Positions 1-7,844 of a stretch of DNA of 64,000 bases are shown here, piece by piece. Below the pieces are notes generated by a model. The model worked only from the letters and a program-made list of their open reading frames with translations. It had not been told where the DNA came from and made no database searches. The DNA is from Candidatus Sungiibacteriota bacterium. GTDB lineage: Bacteria > Patescibacteriota > Minisyncoccia > Sungbacterales > HO2-52-23. The DNA is taken from the NCBI GenBank assembly GCA_016180435.1, contig JACPBG010000002.1, forward strand, positions 60,342 to 124,341, read 5' to 3'. How positions within the stretch are numbered: the first letter of the stretch is position 1; each line of letters opens with the position of its first letter. The position numbers were made by a program, and so were the translations under genes.

Positions 1-2
1 TT

Positions 3-947
3 CCTAACCCGGATGTGATGTGTAACCGTCATATTAAGTTCGGGCTGTTTCTTAAACGTGCTCTGAAAGAGGGGGCGGATTTTATAGCGACCGGACACTA
101 TGTGCGCTTAAGCGCAAGAACTAAGAGCTTAGAACTTAGAACTAAGAAAAATCTGATGCTAAGTTCTAAGTCCTATATTCTAAGTTCTGCGGCCGATGCC
201 GCCAAGGACCAGTCCTATTTCCTTTGGACTCTTGCGCAAGACCAATTAAAACATTGTCTTTTTCCGATCGGGGAATACACTAAGCCCGCGGTACGGGAAA
301 TGGCGCGAAAATTCGGTTTGCCGGTTGCGGAAAAGCCGGATTCGCAAGGAGTGTGTTTTATCGGGGAATTTGACATGAAAGAATTTTTAAAAAAGCGGAT
401 TCCAGAATCGCGCGGACCGGTTGTGACAACCAGCGGCAAAAAAGTGGGGGAGCATGAGGGGCTTTCGTTTTATACCATTGGACAGCGACATGGGATGGGG
501 ATTGGGGGCCGCCCCGCAGAGCGGGGCGAGCCTCGCCCCAAAGGGGCGGGCGGGATTCCATATTATGTCGTGGCTAAGGATTTTAAAACCGACACGCTTA
601 TTGTCGGAGAGGGGCCTTATGACGAGAAATTATTCAAGAAAGAACTTATCGCCACAAATGTAAATTGGATTTTCGGGAAAGAGCCAAAATTACCTTTAAA
701 ATGCGAGGCGCGAATTAGGTATCGCCAGCCGTTACAACGCTGTCGCGTTGAAGCAAATAAAGAACTTAGAACTAAGAACTTAGAAAGAAAACTAAGTTCT
801 AAGTTCTATATGCTAAATGCTTGCCGCGTCAAAGTTATTTTTGATGCGGTACAACGCGCCGTAACTCCCGGCCAGTCAGTGGTATTTTATCAGGGAGATG
901 AAATGTTGGGGGGCGGAATTATTTACCCCGTTAGAGATGCGGAATAA
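3..947 (+). CDS. mnmA: tRNA-specific 2-thiouridylase MnmA, 5'-truncated by the window edge
   Basis: The frame is open from nt 3. It carries the motifs NPDVMCNRHIKF, ATGHY, KDQSYFL, GQRHGMGIGG and TPGQSVVFY. It contains four repeat-derived segments (see findings). Confidence 0.9.
   Translation, partial: PNPDVMCNRHIKFGLFLKRALKEGADFIATGHYVRLSARTKSLELRTKKNLMLSSKSYILSSAADAAKDQSYFLWTLAQDQLKHCLFPIGEYTKPAVREMARKFGLPVAEKPDSQGVCFIGEFDMKEFLKKRIPESRGPVVTTSGKKVGEHEGLSFYTIGQRHGMGIGGRPAERGEPRPKGAGGIPYYVVAKDFKTDTLIVGEGPYDEKLFKKELIATNVNWIFGKEPKLPLKCEARIRYRQPLQRCRVEANKELRTKNLERKLSSKFYMLNACRVKVIFDAVQRAVTPGQSVVFYQGDEMLGGGIIYPVRDAE
116..189. repeat. R1 heptamer palindrome (TTAGAAC)n ... (GTTCTAA)n, in-frame inside mnmA
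   Basis: The sequence is agcttagaacttagaactaag ... gctaagttctaagtcc..ctaagttct. Confidence 0.85.
508..557. repeat. R2 GC-rich palindromic element, in-frame inside mnmA
   Basis: gccgccccgcagagcggggcgagcctcgccccaaaggggcgggcgggattc. It is near-identical to 54571-54621. Confidence 0.85.
759..830. repeat. R1 heptamer palindrome, second in-frame copy inside mnmA
   Basis: agaacttagaactaagaacttagaa ... ctaagttctaagttcta. Confidence 0.85.
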
Positions 948-1029
948 AATAATGCTGGCGTGGATACATTTGATTGCGGAACAGATATTATTCAAAGTTT
1001 TATCTTGTACTAAATCTCTAACGACGGGG
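926..1029. repeat. R7 element with terminal inverted repeats CCCCGTTAGAG / TCTCTAACG(A)CGGGG, overlapping the mnmA stop
   Basis: The left end lies in the last mnmA codons (YPVRDAE*). The right end is at 1015-1029. Confidence 0.7.
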
Positions 1030-1096
1030 TTGACTCTTAAATCGGCTTATGCTACATTGCGTCCAGTACTTTAATTTATATACAGAGGATAAAGTC

Positions 1097-1723
1097 ATGG
1101 AAGAGAAGAAAAGCACTAACGTAAAGCGCGGAGAGTGGTTGAAATTTGCGTATGACGTCTTTCAGAAAGCTAAGGGGGAGGGCCTTCCTTTTATTTCTCC
1201 GTCCAGTTTTGTAACCAGGGTAACGGAGTTTGCGGGAAAGTCAGACCGGAATTATAAACATCTTTACCAGATTCCCGGGCTTAGGCGGGCTGTTGATTTT
1301 CTTTTGCAGTGCGGAGCAATTGAGCGCATAGAAATAGAAAAAGAAGAAGGTAATGCGCATGGTTTTCGTATTACCGCGAAAACTATTTTGCCTGAAGTGC
1401 TTGCGGCCGAGTTTAATTCTATACGGGTACAAAAGAAGACGCGAGCATCAGAGCAGACCGATTCTGAGGATGTTTCAACCTTAGAGCTTGTTGGTCAGGT
1501 GGTTCTGGAACTTGCAAAACTTGAAAAAGTAAGAGAAGAACGTCTTCAGGCGGCCGAAGATGCGGTTAGCAAGTTGCGTTCGGATGCGTCCGGTGCGCTG
1601 GCGTTATCTAGGCATGCCATGGAGCTCCGGCAGAATCTTGTTGACGCATTGCAGAAGTTGCGTGCGCAAAATTCATCCAGCCAACCCGTTGTAAAAATGC
1701 GGCGTGCGAGACAATCAGTATGA
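1097..1723 (+). CDS. hypothetical protein with a coiled-coil-like C-terminus
   Basis: ATG at 1097 follows GAGGA. The track start at 1049 has no RBS. The stop overlaps the sigma-factor start (ATGA at 1720-1723). I recognise no family. Confidence 0.5.
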   Translation: MEEKKSTNVKRGEWLKFAYDVFQKAKGEGLPFISPSSFVTRVTEFAGKSDRNYKHLYQIPGLRRAVDFLLQCGAIERIEIEKEEGNAHGFRITAKTILPEVLAAEFNSIRVQKKTRASEQTDSEDVSTLELVGQVVLELAKLEKVREERLQAAEDAVSKLRSDASGALALSRHAMELRQNLVDALQKLRAQNSSSQPVVKMRRARQSV

Positions 1724-3297
1724 GAATCAGATCACTTATCCGGGAGCCATCAGTTCAAGAACTAATCCGTCTTGCCGTACAGGACGGATTTATTACAAGA
1801 GAATATTTGTCCTATCTTCCTGTAAAAGTACTTTCTTGGGATGACGCACCCGGCGTTCTTGCTGATTTGCTTATTGGTGCGGCGTATCCATTCAAACTCT
1901 TGGATGTTAAAACAAATATACGGAAAGCGAGTGTTGATGTTTTTGACCGCGGGCCGTTACGCATACGAGATGATGATATATTGCCGGGCGGCGAAATTGA
2001 CTTTGAAGATGATGCAGAGGTTGAGCCGGAAGAAAATGATCTTCCAGGCAGTGCGGTTCCGAGCAAGAAGTCCGATGTTGAGTCCTATATTTTAATGCGA
2101 TATCTTACCGAGACCAGAAAAATTCCGCTTCTGAAAAGGGACGAAGAACTGCAAGGGTTTATGCAGTATGAAGAAGAAAAAGAGCGCCTGCTGCAGATCT
2201 TTCTGGAATTTGCGGAATTTCGCGAATGGGTGATTGGGCGAATTGAAAGTATTTATGTCCAAAGCGCGGTTCAAGACGAGGATGGCATTGAAACAGAGGA
2301 GGAAGAGGAACTCGACAAACCGGAGAAAAAATACGCCCCCATCCTTGATGCTTTTCGTTCCATTCATGATGAAATTATTCTTCTGGAATCAGGCGAACCA
2401 TATCCGGGCGCGCAAAAAAGCGTTTATGAAAATTTGCGTACTGCGGCAAAATTATTCGGGCAGTGCGGAATAAATCCGGATATGTTTGAGTTCGAAAATT
2501 GGGCGGTACGCCTTCCCGTGGATAAAGCGGCTTTTGACAGGGCCTATAAGGCCATGGTTTTGCGTAGAAATATGTTGGCCGAACCCAATGTCCGGCTGGT
2601 AATAAGTATTGCCAAGAAATACAAGCACGGAAGATTGTCGTTTCTGGATAGGATTCAGGAGGGAAATACGGGACTTTTGAAAGCCGTGGACAGGTTTGAA
2701 TATCAAAAGGGGTTTCGTTTTTCCACCTATGCTACCTGGTGGATTCGCCAGTCCGTTGATCGTGCGATTTACGATACCGGAAGCACCATCCGCATTCCCA
2801 TACATAGGCGGGAAGGCATGCGGAAAGTTTTTAAAGCCATAGAGAAACTTAAACGGCGCTACGGATATCAACATGAGCCGACCTTGAAAGATATAGCAAG
2901 ATTACTCGGATGGCCCGTTTGGGAAGTTCAGAAAAATATGAATATCGTCGGCGAGCCGTTAAGTCTGGATGTGGCCATAGGAGATTCGGGCGAAGATACG
3001 CTAGGGGATTTTCTGGCTGACGACAAAATTGATCGCCCGCATGATTCCGCAGATTGCGCAAACAGGAGGCAAAAACTGGACCGCTTTATTTCACGTCTTC
3101 CGCCGCGTGAAGAAATAATTGTGCGTTTGCGGTTTGGTTTCTCGTTTAGGGGCAAGCAGGAGCAGTGGACACTTGAGGAGCTGGGTAAAAAATTCGGAAT
3201 GACCCGTGAGCGCATCAGACAGCTTGAGGACAAAGGCATCCAGAAAATCAAAGATTTCATGCAAAAAGAAGGAATTCGCGAAGAAGATTTTTGGTAA
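1720..3297 (+). CDS. rpoD: RNA polymerase sigma factor, sigma-70 (RpoD-like) family
   Basis: Region 2 reads [17 protein letters not shown]. Region 4.2 reads [28 protein letters not shown]. It has a long acidic N-terminal region. Confidence 0.9.
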   Translation: MRIRSLIREPSVQELIRLAVQDGFITREYLSYLPVKVLSWDDAPGVLADLLIGAAYPFKLLDVKTNIRKASVDVFDRGPLRIRDDDILPGGEIDFEDDAEVEPEENDLPGSAVPSKKSDVESYILMRYLTETRKIPLLKRDEELQGFMQYEEEKERLLQIFLEFAEFREWVIGRIESIYVQSAVQDEDGIETEEEEELDKPEKKYAPILDAFRSIHDEIILLESGEPYPGAQKSVYENLRTAAKLFGQCGINPDMFEFENWAVRLPVDKAAFDRAYKAMVLRRNMLAEPNVRLVISIAKKYKHGRLSFLDRIQEGNTGLLKAVDRFEYQKGFRFSTYATWWIRQSVDRAIYDTGSTIRIPIHRREGMRKVFKAIEKLKRRYGYQHEPTLKDIARLLGWPVWEVQKNMNIVGEPLSLDVAIGDSGEDTLGDFLADDKIDRPHDSADCANRRQKLDRFISRLPPREEIIVRLRFGFSFRGKQEQWTLEELGKKFGMTRERIRQLEDKGIQKIKDFMQKEGIREEDFW

Positions 3298-3407
3298 ATT
3301 TAAGACCGACAGTTCGGTCTTTTTTAATTGTCCTCGAGACGCCCTTGTATTTTATAGTAGATTATGGTAAGCTAATTTCAGTAAATTTCCAATCTGGGGA
3401 GATAAAA

Positions 3408-3914
3408 ATGCGCAGATCAAAGGTAAAGGTGGAGACGAAAAAGGTGAAGCACGAGTGGGGGAAAAATCGCATGGTGGTTTTGGAAGCTGGCGAGAATTTG
3501 GACCTCGGTAAGCTCTTTGAAAAGGACACTCTTGTGTCCCATGAGTATTGGGATTCGCTTAAAAGAAAAATGCAGCTTGATCCGGAAAAACAGCTTTTGT
3601 TTGCGGTGTTGGAAGACGCAGTGCATTGTTTTCAGAAATATATTAGTTTTTCCAGCCGGAGAGGCCGCACACTTTTTTTAGACGCCGATACCTGGATTCA
3701 GGAAAAAGACGCAAATGACCTGTTTTCGTTTGAGGGCGTTTGCGATCATCTCGGATTTGATGCGGATTATGTTCGGGAGGGTCTGAATCGTTGGAAAGAG
3801 CGGAATCGGTGTCCGGTAGAAATCCAGGTGAGCCGGAAAAGAAGAGGGCGTAAGCTGCGCGATCTTACGGTTTTTGAAGTATATGAAAAACCACCAAATG
3901 CGGCGGTTGTATAA
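3408..3914 (+). CDS. hypothetical protein
   Basis: ATG at 3408 follows GGGGAG. The 168-aa ORF matches no motif I recognise. Confidence 0.45.
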   Translation: MRRSKVKVETKKVKHEWGKNRMVVLEAGENLDLGKLFEKDTLVSHEYWDSLKRKMQLDPEKQLLFAVLEDAVHCFQKYISFSSRRGRTLFLDADTWIQEKDANDLFSFEGVCDHLGFDADYVREGLNRWKERNRCPVEIQVSRKRRGRKLRDLTVFEVYEKPPNAAVV

Positions 3915-3960
3915 TGCAGCCGTCTTTTTTTATCCCCGATTTTATGATATAGTGTGGACT

Positions 3961-5811
3961 ATGAATGCAGATGAATTACGTCAAAAATTCCTGGATTTTT
4001 TTGAGAAAAACGGACATACAGTTGTGCCGTCGTCCTCCCTGATTCCCGATGACCCGTCAGTTCTTTTAACAACCGCCGGCATGCAGCAATTCAAGCCATA
4101 TTATTCGGAGCTTGATCCGGAAAAAACTATACATCCGTCCCTTGGAAAACCGATTGGAAAAAATGTGGTATCCGTGCAAAAATCGTTTCGTACTTCGGAC
4201 ATTGACGAGGTGGGAGACGATTCCCATCTTACATTTTTTGAAATGTTGGGCAATTTTTCGTTTGGCGGATATTTTAAAAAAGAAGCGATTACATTTGCGT
4301 TTGATTTTATCACCAAGGAATTAAGAATTCCGATCTCTTTTGTAACTGTATTTGAGGGATCGCATGGTGTTGCCAAAGACGAAGAATCCCGCGCTATTTG
4401 GAAAAAACTTGGTGTTTCGGATGTGAGGGAGCAGGGGATTGAGGATGTGTTCTGGGGACCGACCGGATCAGCCGGACCATGCGGCCCCACCACCGAAATT
4501 TATTGCGAAAATGCGGCAGGCGGAAAAGCGGAAATTTGGAATATTGTTTTTAACGAATTTTATTTTCCCGGCTCGCGAGAGGAACTTTTGTCCGGTTCGT
4601 CCGGAAAATCGCTTGAGCGATTGAAAACTCCGGGCGTGGATACCGGCATGGGATTGGAACGCCTCGCGATGATTGCGCAGAACAAGAAAAATATCTTTGA
4701 GACGGATTTGTTTGTGCCTTTTTTCGAACTGTTGCCATCCGAATTGCCTGAACGCGAAAAAAGGATTATCGCGGATCATCTGCGCGGAGCCGTTTTTTTA
4801 ATAGCCGATGGTGTGCGTCCTTTGAATAAAGAAGCAGGATATATTTTGCGTCGTCTTATGCGACGAGCCTTAGTTTATGAATATAAATATAAAATTTCTC
4901 CGGAATTTTTCATCTCAATTATGGGTGAAACCATTTCTAATTATGGGAAATTTTATAGCCAACTTGTAAAGGAAAGTGAAAATATTCGGATAGAATTTGA
5001 AAATGAGCGAAAAAAATTTAGGAAATTATTACCTCACGGTTTGATACAAATAAATCATCACATTGCTTTAGATCAAGAGTTATTGAAAAAAGATTCTCCT
5101 AATATAAATAAGGAAAGGGCATTATCTGGTTTTCAGGCGGGTTTATTCGCATTTGATCTTTTTCAAGATTCCGGTTTTCCTACCGAAGTGAGTAAAGAGT
5201 TATTTGAACAAGCCAACTATGATCTTACTCGCTTTGAGGCGGGTGTCCTGGAGAAAGCTAAAAAACACCAAGAGATTTCGCGTCGGGGCACCGAAAAAAA
5301 ATTCGGGGGGCATGGATTATTGCTGGACACCGGGGAACTTAAAGCCGCGGATGAAAATGAATTAAAAATCGTAACGCGGCTCCATACCGCAACCCATATG
5401 CTCCAGCAGGCCTTGCGGGAGGTTTTAGGGCCGGACGTGCATCAGGCCGGATCGGACATTACCGTGGAGCGCACGCGGTTTGATTTCACGTTTCAGCGAA
5501 AACTGACTTCCGAGGAGATAAAGCAGGTGGAGGATTTGGTTAATCAAAAAATAAAAGAGGATTTGCCTATGCAAAAAAAAGTGCTTCCGAAGTCGGAAGC
5601 GGAAAAAACCGGCGCGCTTTATTTTTTCAAAGAAAAATATCCGGATCCGGTGAATGTTTATTTTATCGGGAAAGATTTGGAAAATGCTTGGAGCAAAGAA
5701 TTTTGCGGAGGTCCGCATGTAATGCATACCGGCGAGATCGGTAAATTTAGAATTGCTAAAGAAGAAGCAGTGGGGGCGGAAGTTCGTAGAATCCGTGCGG
5801 TTGTGGAATAA
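3961..5811 (+). CDS. alaS: alanine--tRNA ligase, short form (616 aa)
   Basis: The class II core shows FFEKNGH, LLTTAGMQQFKP, HLTFFEMLGNFSFGGYFK and GVDTGMGLERL. The editing domain shows HTATHML and CGGPH. The ORF ends right after the editing domain. Confidence 0.9.
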   Translation: MNADELRQKFLDFFEKNGHTVVPSSSLIPDDPSVLLTTAGMQQFKPYYSELDPEKTIHPSLGKPIGKNVVSVQKSFRTSDIDEVGDDSHLTFFEMLGNFSFGGYFKKEAITFAFDFITKELRIPISFVTVFEGSHGVAKDEESRAIWKKLGVSDVREQGIEDVFWGPTGSAGPCGPTTEIYCENAAGGKAEIWNIVFNEFYFPGSREELLSGSSGKSLERLKTPGVDTGMGLERLAMIAQNKKNIFETDLFVPFFELLPSELPEREKRIIADHLRGAVFLIADGVRPLNKEAGYILRRLMRRALVYEYKYKISPEFFISIMGETISNYGKFYSQLVKESENIRIEFENERKKFRKLLPHGLIQINHHIALDQELLKKDSPNINKERALSGFQAGLFAFDLFQDSGFPTEVSKELFEQANYDLTRFEAGVLEKAKKHQEISRRGTEKKFGGHGLLLDTGELKAADENELKIVTRLHTATHMLQQALREVLGPDVHQAGSDITVERTRFDFTFQRKLTSEEIKQVEDLVNQKIKEDLPMQKKVLPKSEAEKTGALYFFKEKYPDPVNVYFIGKDLENAWSKEFCGGPHVMHTGEIGKFRIAKEEAVGAEVRRIRAVVE

Positions 5812-5818
5812 AATATAA

Positions 5819-5843
5819 GCGTTGTCACGGACAGTGACAACGC
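5819..5843 (+). terminator. hairpin after alaS (10-bp stem, no clear U-run)
   Basis: GCGTTGTCAC-ggaca-GTGACAACGC. Confidence 0.35.
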
Positions 5844-6066
5844 GCAATCCTTTCGTAGCTTTCTTGACCTCCGAAGTTTTAACGAAGTAGGTAGCGAAGT
5901 CTGAATACGCCACCCGTCTGGCGTATTCAGAAAGAAACAAAAGCCCCGCGAATGCGAGACTTCTGCCTGATCTCAACGTAATACGAGATACAGGATTATC
6001 ACCTAATTGTATTGTAGCAGATCATAATATTCTGTCAATAGCGGGGCCTGTGGATATCCTTGAAGC

Positions 6067-6136
6067 GGTGGAGGTGCGGGGAATTGCACCCCGGAGATCA
6101 TGGGTGATAATCCTGAACTCGCACTACGCCACCCCC
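6067..6136 (-). other. tRNA(Ala)-acceptor-like element (not a canonical tRNA)
   Basis: The minus strand reads GGGGGTG...CGGGG-TGCAATT-CCCCG-CACCTCC-A-CC. This gives a 7-bp acceptor-like stem with a G3.U70 wobble, a T-arm-like hairpin and an A73-like base followed by CC. The D-arm region is aberrant. Confidence 0.3.
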
Positions 6137-6252
6137 ACCGCAGATTCAGAATATCAGGACGAGTGATTATTGTAAATAATTCCTGTGGCATTTCGAGTAG
6201 TGGGAAAAGTGTATGAAGTGTCATAGTGATTAAATGGTGTTAGAGTATACGT

Positions 6253-6597
6253 ATGTCTATAAAAATCATTAAAAACAAAATATTTAAATCCGAGCTTTCG
6301 GAAATTGCCCAAAATCAATTCGGCGATTTTGTGAAAGCTGTGGTGGACATAAAAAAAGGGATAATGGCAGTCGGCGGTGAACTTCATGCTGATGAAGAAG
6401 CCCTGCTTTTAGAAGATGGCTCCCGGCAAGAAAATTTGTGGGGCATAAATTTGTATCCGAATAAAACCGCCAAGGATCGGATTGAATTTAATTCCATGAT
6501 AAATGTCCGGCCGTCCCAGGGAAATCGTTCGCGAGGGGTGGAGAATCCGGATATTCAGGAGAAGATAAAAACAATAGTTAAAAAGTTAGTTTCTTGA
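6253..6597 (+). CDS. small conserved hypothetical protein (resembles DUF5674 as I recall that family)
   Basis: 114-aa ORF containing FVKAVVDIKKGIMAVGGELHADEEALLLEDGSRQENLWGINLYP. The family assignment is from memory only. Confidence 0.5.
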   Translation: MSIKIIKNKIFKSELSEIAQNQFGDFVKAVVDIKKGIMAVGGELHADEEALLLEDGSRQENLWGINLYPNKTAKDRIEFNSMINVRPSQGNRSRGVENPDIQEKIKTIVKKLVS

Positions 6598-6601
6598 TGC
6601 C

Positions 6602-6931
6602 ATGCCCTTAGTACATAAAAATTTAGCGCGCGGAGCATGGCATAAACTCTCTTTAATTGAGCAATTGGCAAATATAGGCAGTGAAATAAGCCGTGCCCGG
6701 AATTGGCAGAATAAGGATCAGGGTATTTTTGAAAATGCGGTGTTAAGGGCGCTTGAGCTTTTTGATCTGACCCTGGCTGATCCGCGCTGGCGCGGCCGGC
6801 TGCGAGAAATAGCGCGGACACGAGAAGTATTTTTGGATGCGTTATCCGGCGGCAAAGAATATCAAAGTTCGCTGGATGACCTGGATCGATATTTTCTAAG
6901 TTTTGCCTATTGCGCCCGTTTAAATTTATAA
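6602..6931 (+). CDS. hypothetical protein
   Basis: 109-aa ORF starting 4 nt after the previous stop. I recognise no motif. Confidence 0.4.
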   Translation: MPLVHKNLARGAWHKLSLIEQLANIGSEISRARNWQNKDQGIFENAVLRALELFDLTLADPRWRGRLREIARTREVFLDALSGGKEYQSSLDDLDRYFLSFAYCARLNL

Positions 6932-6957
6932 AAGAACGGCCATTTAATATAAAGCCA

Positions 6958-7491
6958 ATGATTCATTTCATCACCGGGAACAAGGATAAATTTGAGGAAA
7001 TAAAAGCGATTTTGCCCGAAATCGAGCGGATGAAAATTGATCTGCCGGAAATTCAGGAAATTGACGCCCATGAAATCATCCGGCAAAAATTAGAAAGCGC
7101 GCAAAAGCACGCCAAAGGCGAGTTTATGGTAGAGGACACCTCGCTTTATTTGGAATGTTTGAATGGTCTGCCCGGACCTCTGATAAAATGGTTTTTGAAA
7201 ACTATCGGCGTCGGGGGTTTAGCGGGCTTGGCAGAGAAATTGGAAAATACGAAAGCAGAAGCGAAGACCGTTATTGGATATATGAGTGGCAGTGGAGAAA
7301 TTAGATTTTTTGAAGGAATCGTAAAAGGACAGATTATTTCTCCGCGCGGGGAGAAACGTTTTGAGTGGGACCGGATTTTTAGGCCCGATGGTCATGATAA
7401 AACATTTGCCGAAATGGGAATGGAGGAGAAAAATAAGATCAGCATGCGCCGGATTGCGGTGAATAGATTAAAGAAGTTTTTGAAAGCGTAA
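6958..7491 (+). CDS. non-canonical purine NTP pyrophosphatase (HAM1/ITPase family)
   Basis: The N-terminus reads MIHFITGNKDKFEEI, followed by EDTSLYLECLNGLPGPLIKWF and the tail MRRIAVNRL. The ATG at 6958 avoids overlap with the upstream ORF. Confidence 0.8.
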   Translation: MIHFITGNKDKFEEIKAILPEIERMKIDLPEIQEIDAHEIIRQKLESAQKHAKGEFMVEDTSLYLECLNGLPGPLIKWFLKTIGVGGLAGLAEKLENTKAEAKTVIGYMSGSGEIRFFEGIVKGQIISPRGEKRFEWDRIFRPDGHDKTFAEMGMEEKNKISMRRIAVNRLKKFLKA

Positions 7492-7544
7492 GTGTACGAA
7501 TAATAAACGAATTACTTAACGAATTTGAACGAATCACGAATACA

Positions 7545-7595
7545 TAAATAATAAAAAGTGTAGAACCCCCGGGAGCACGAGGCTCGCGGGGGTTC
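7545..7595 (-). terminator. Rho-independent terminator (minus strand)
   Basis: GC-rich hairpin GAACCCCC...GGGGGTTC, followed on the minus strand by CTACACTTTTTATTATTT. Confidence 0.7.
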
Positions 7596-7746
7596 AACTT
7601 GGCTAGGCGTATTTCTACGCCGGCGCCGACGACCTAGGTTAACGCATTCAAATTAAACGCGTTTTTGGTCTTCACGTCATGGTTCCTCCTTTCTTTGGCC
7701 TCCACACGTCGTGTGGATAGGGTAACGATGACACTTCAAGAACCAT
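7596..7746 (-). ncRNA. candidate small RNA or leaderless micro-ORF transcript
   Basis: Consensus-like promoter upstream and terminator downstream. It contains AAAGAAAGGAGGAACC-ATG-ACG-TGA and several hairpins. No ORF of 60 aa or more. Confidence 0.35.
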
Positions 7747-7751
7747 TTTTA

Positions 7752-7779
7752 AGTATACTCTTCGTATATTTATTGTCAA
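7752..7779 (-). promoter_or_regulatory. sigma-70-like promoter (minus strand)
   Basis: TTGACA (7779-7774), 16-nt spacer, TATACT (7757-7752). Confidence 0.6.
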
Positions 7780-7844
7780 GTCGCATAAGAGGGGATAGCC
7801 CTGCTTTTTTGTTTACCCGCCTTACTATATAATAGAAATAAGCC

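Noticed and set aside
759-830. A flanking direct repeat (tgtcgcgttgaagca / tgccgcgtcaaagtt, CRVEA / CRVKV) as a target duplication of the R1 insert in mnmA.
   Set aside because: The two peptides correspond to the two natural strands of a beta-hairpin present in MnmA generally, as I recall the E. coli sequence. The similarity may therefore be native rather than insertion-generated.
1720-1723. Alternative genetic code (UGA read as Gly or Trp, as in some CPR and Mycoplasma lineages).
   Set aside because: TGA functions as a stop in several ATGA gene overlaps (1720-1723, 43507-43510, 57468-57471). Conserved proteins end at TGA with normal lengths, and no conserved ORF requires read-through.
6065-6141. 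A bona fide tRNA-Ala or tmRNA gene on the minus strand.
   Set aside because: - The acceptor stem, the G3.U70 pair, the T-arm-like hairpin and A-CC are present.
- Only 36 nt separate the acceptor and T arm.
- No D arm can be drawn.
- The anticodon-like loop (TCACCCA) lacks U33 and a purine at position 37.
- The T loop reads TGCAATT.
- No tag-peptide ORF or pseudoknot region for a tmRNA is evident, and the strand order does not fit a permuted tmRNA.
- It is kept only as a tRNA-like element.
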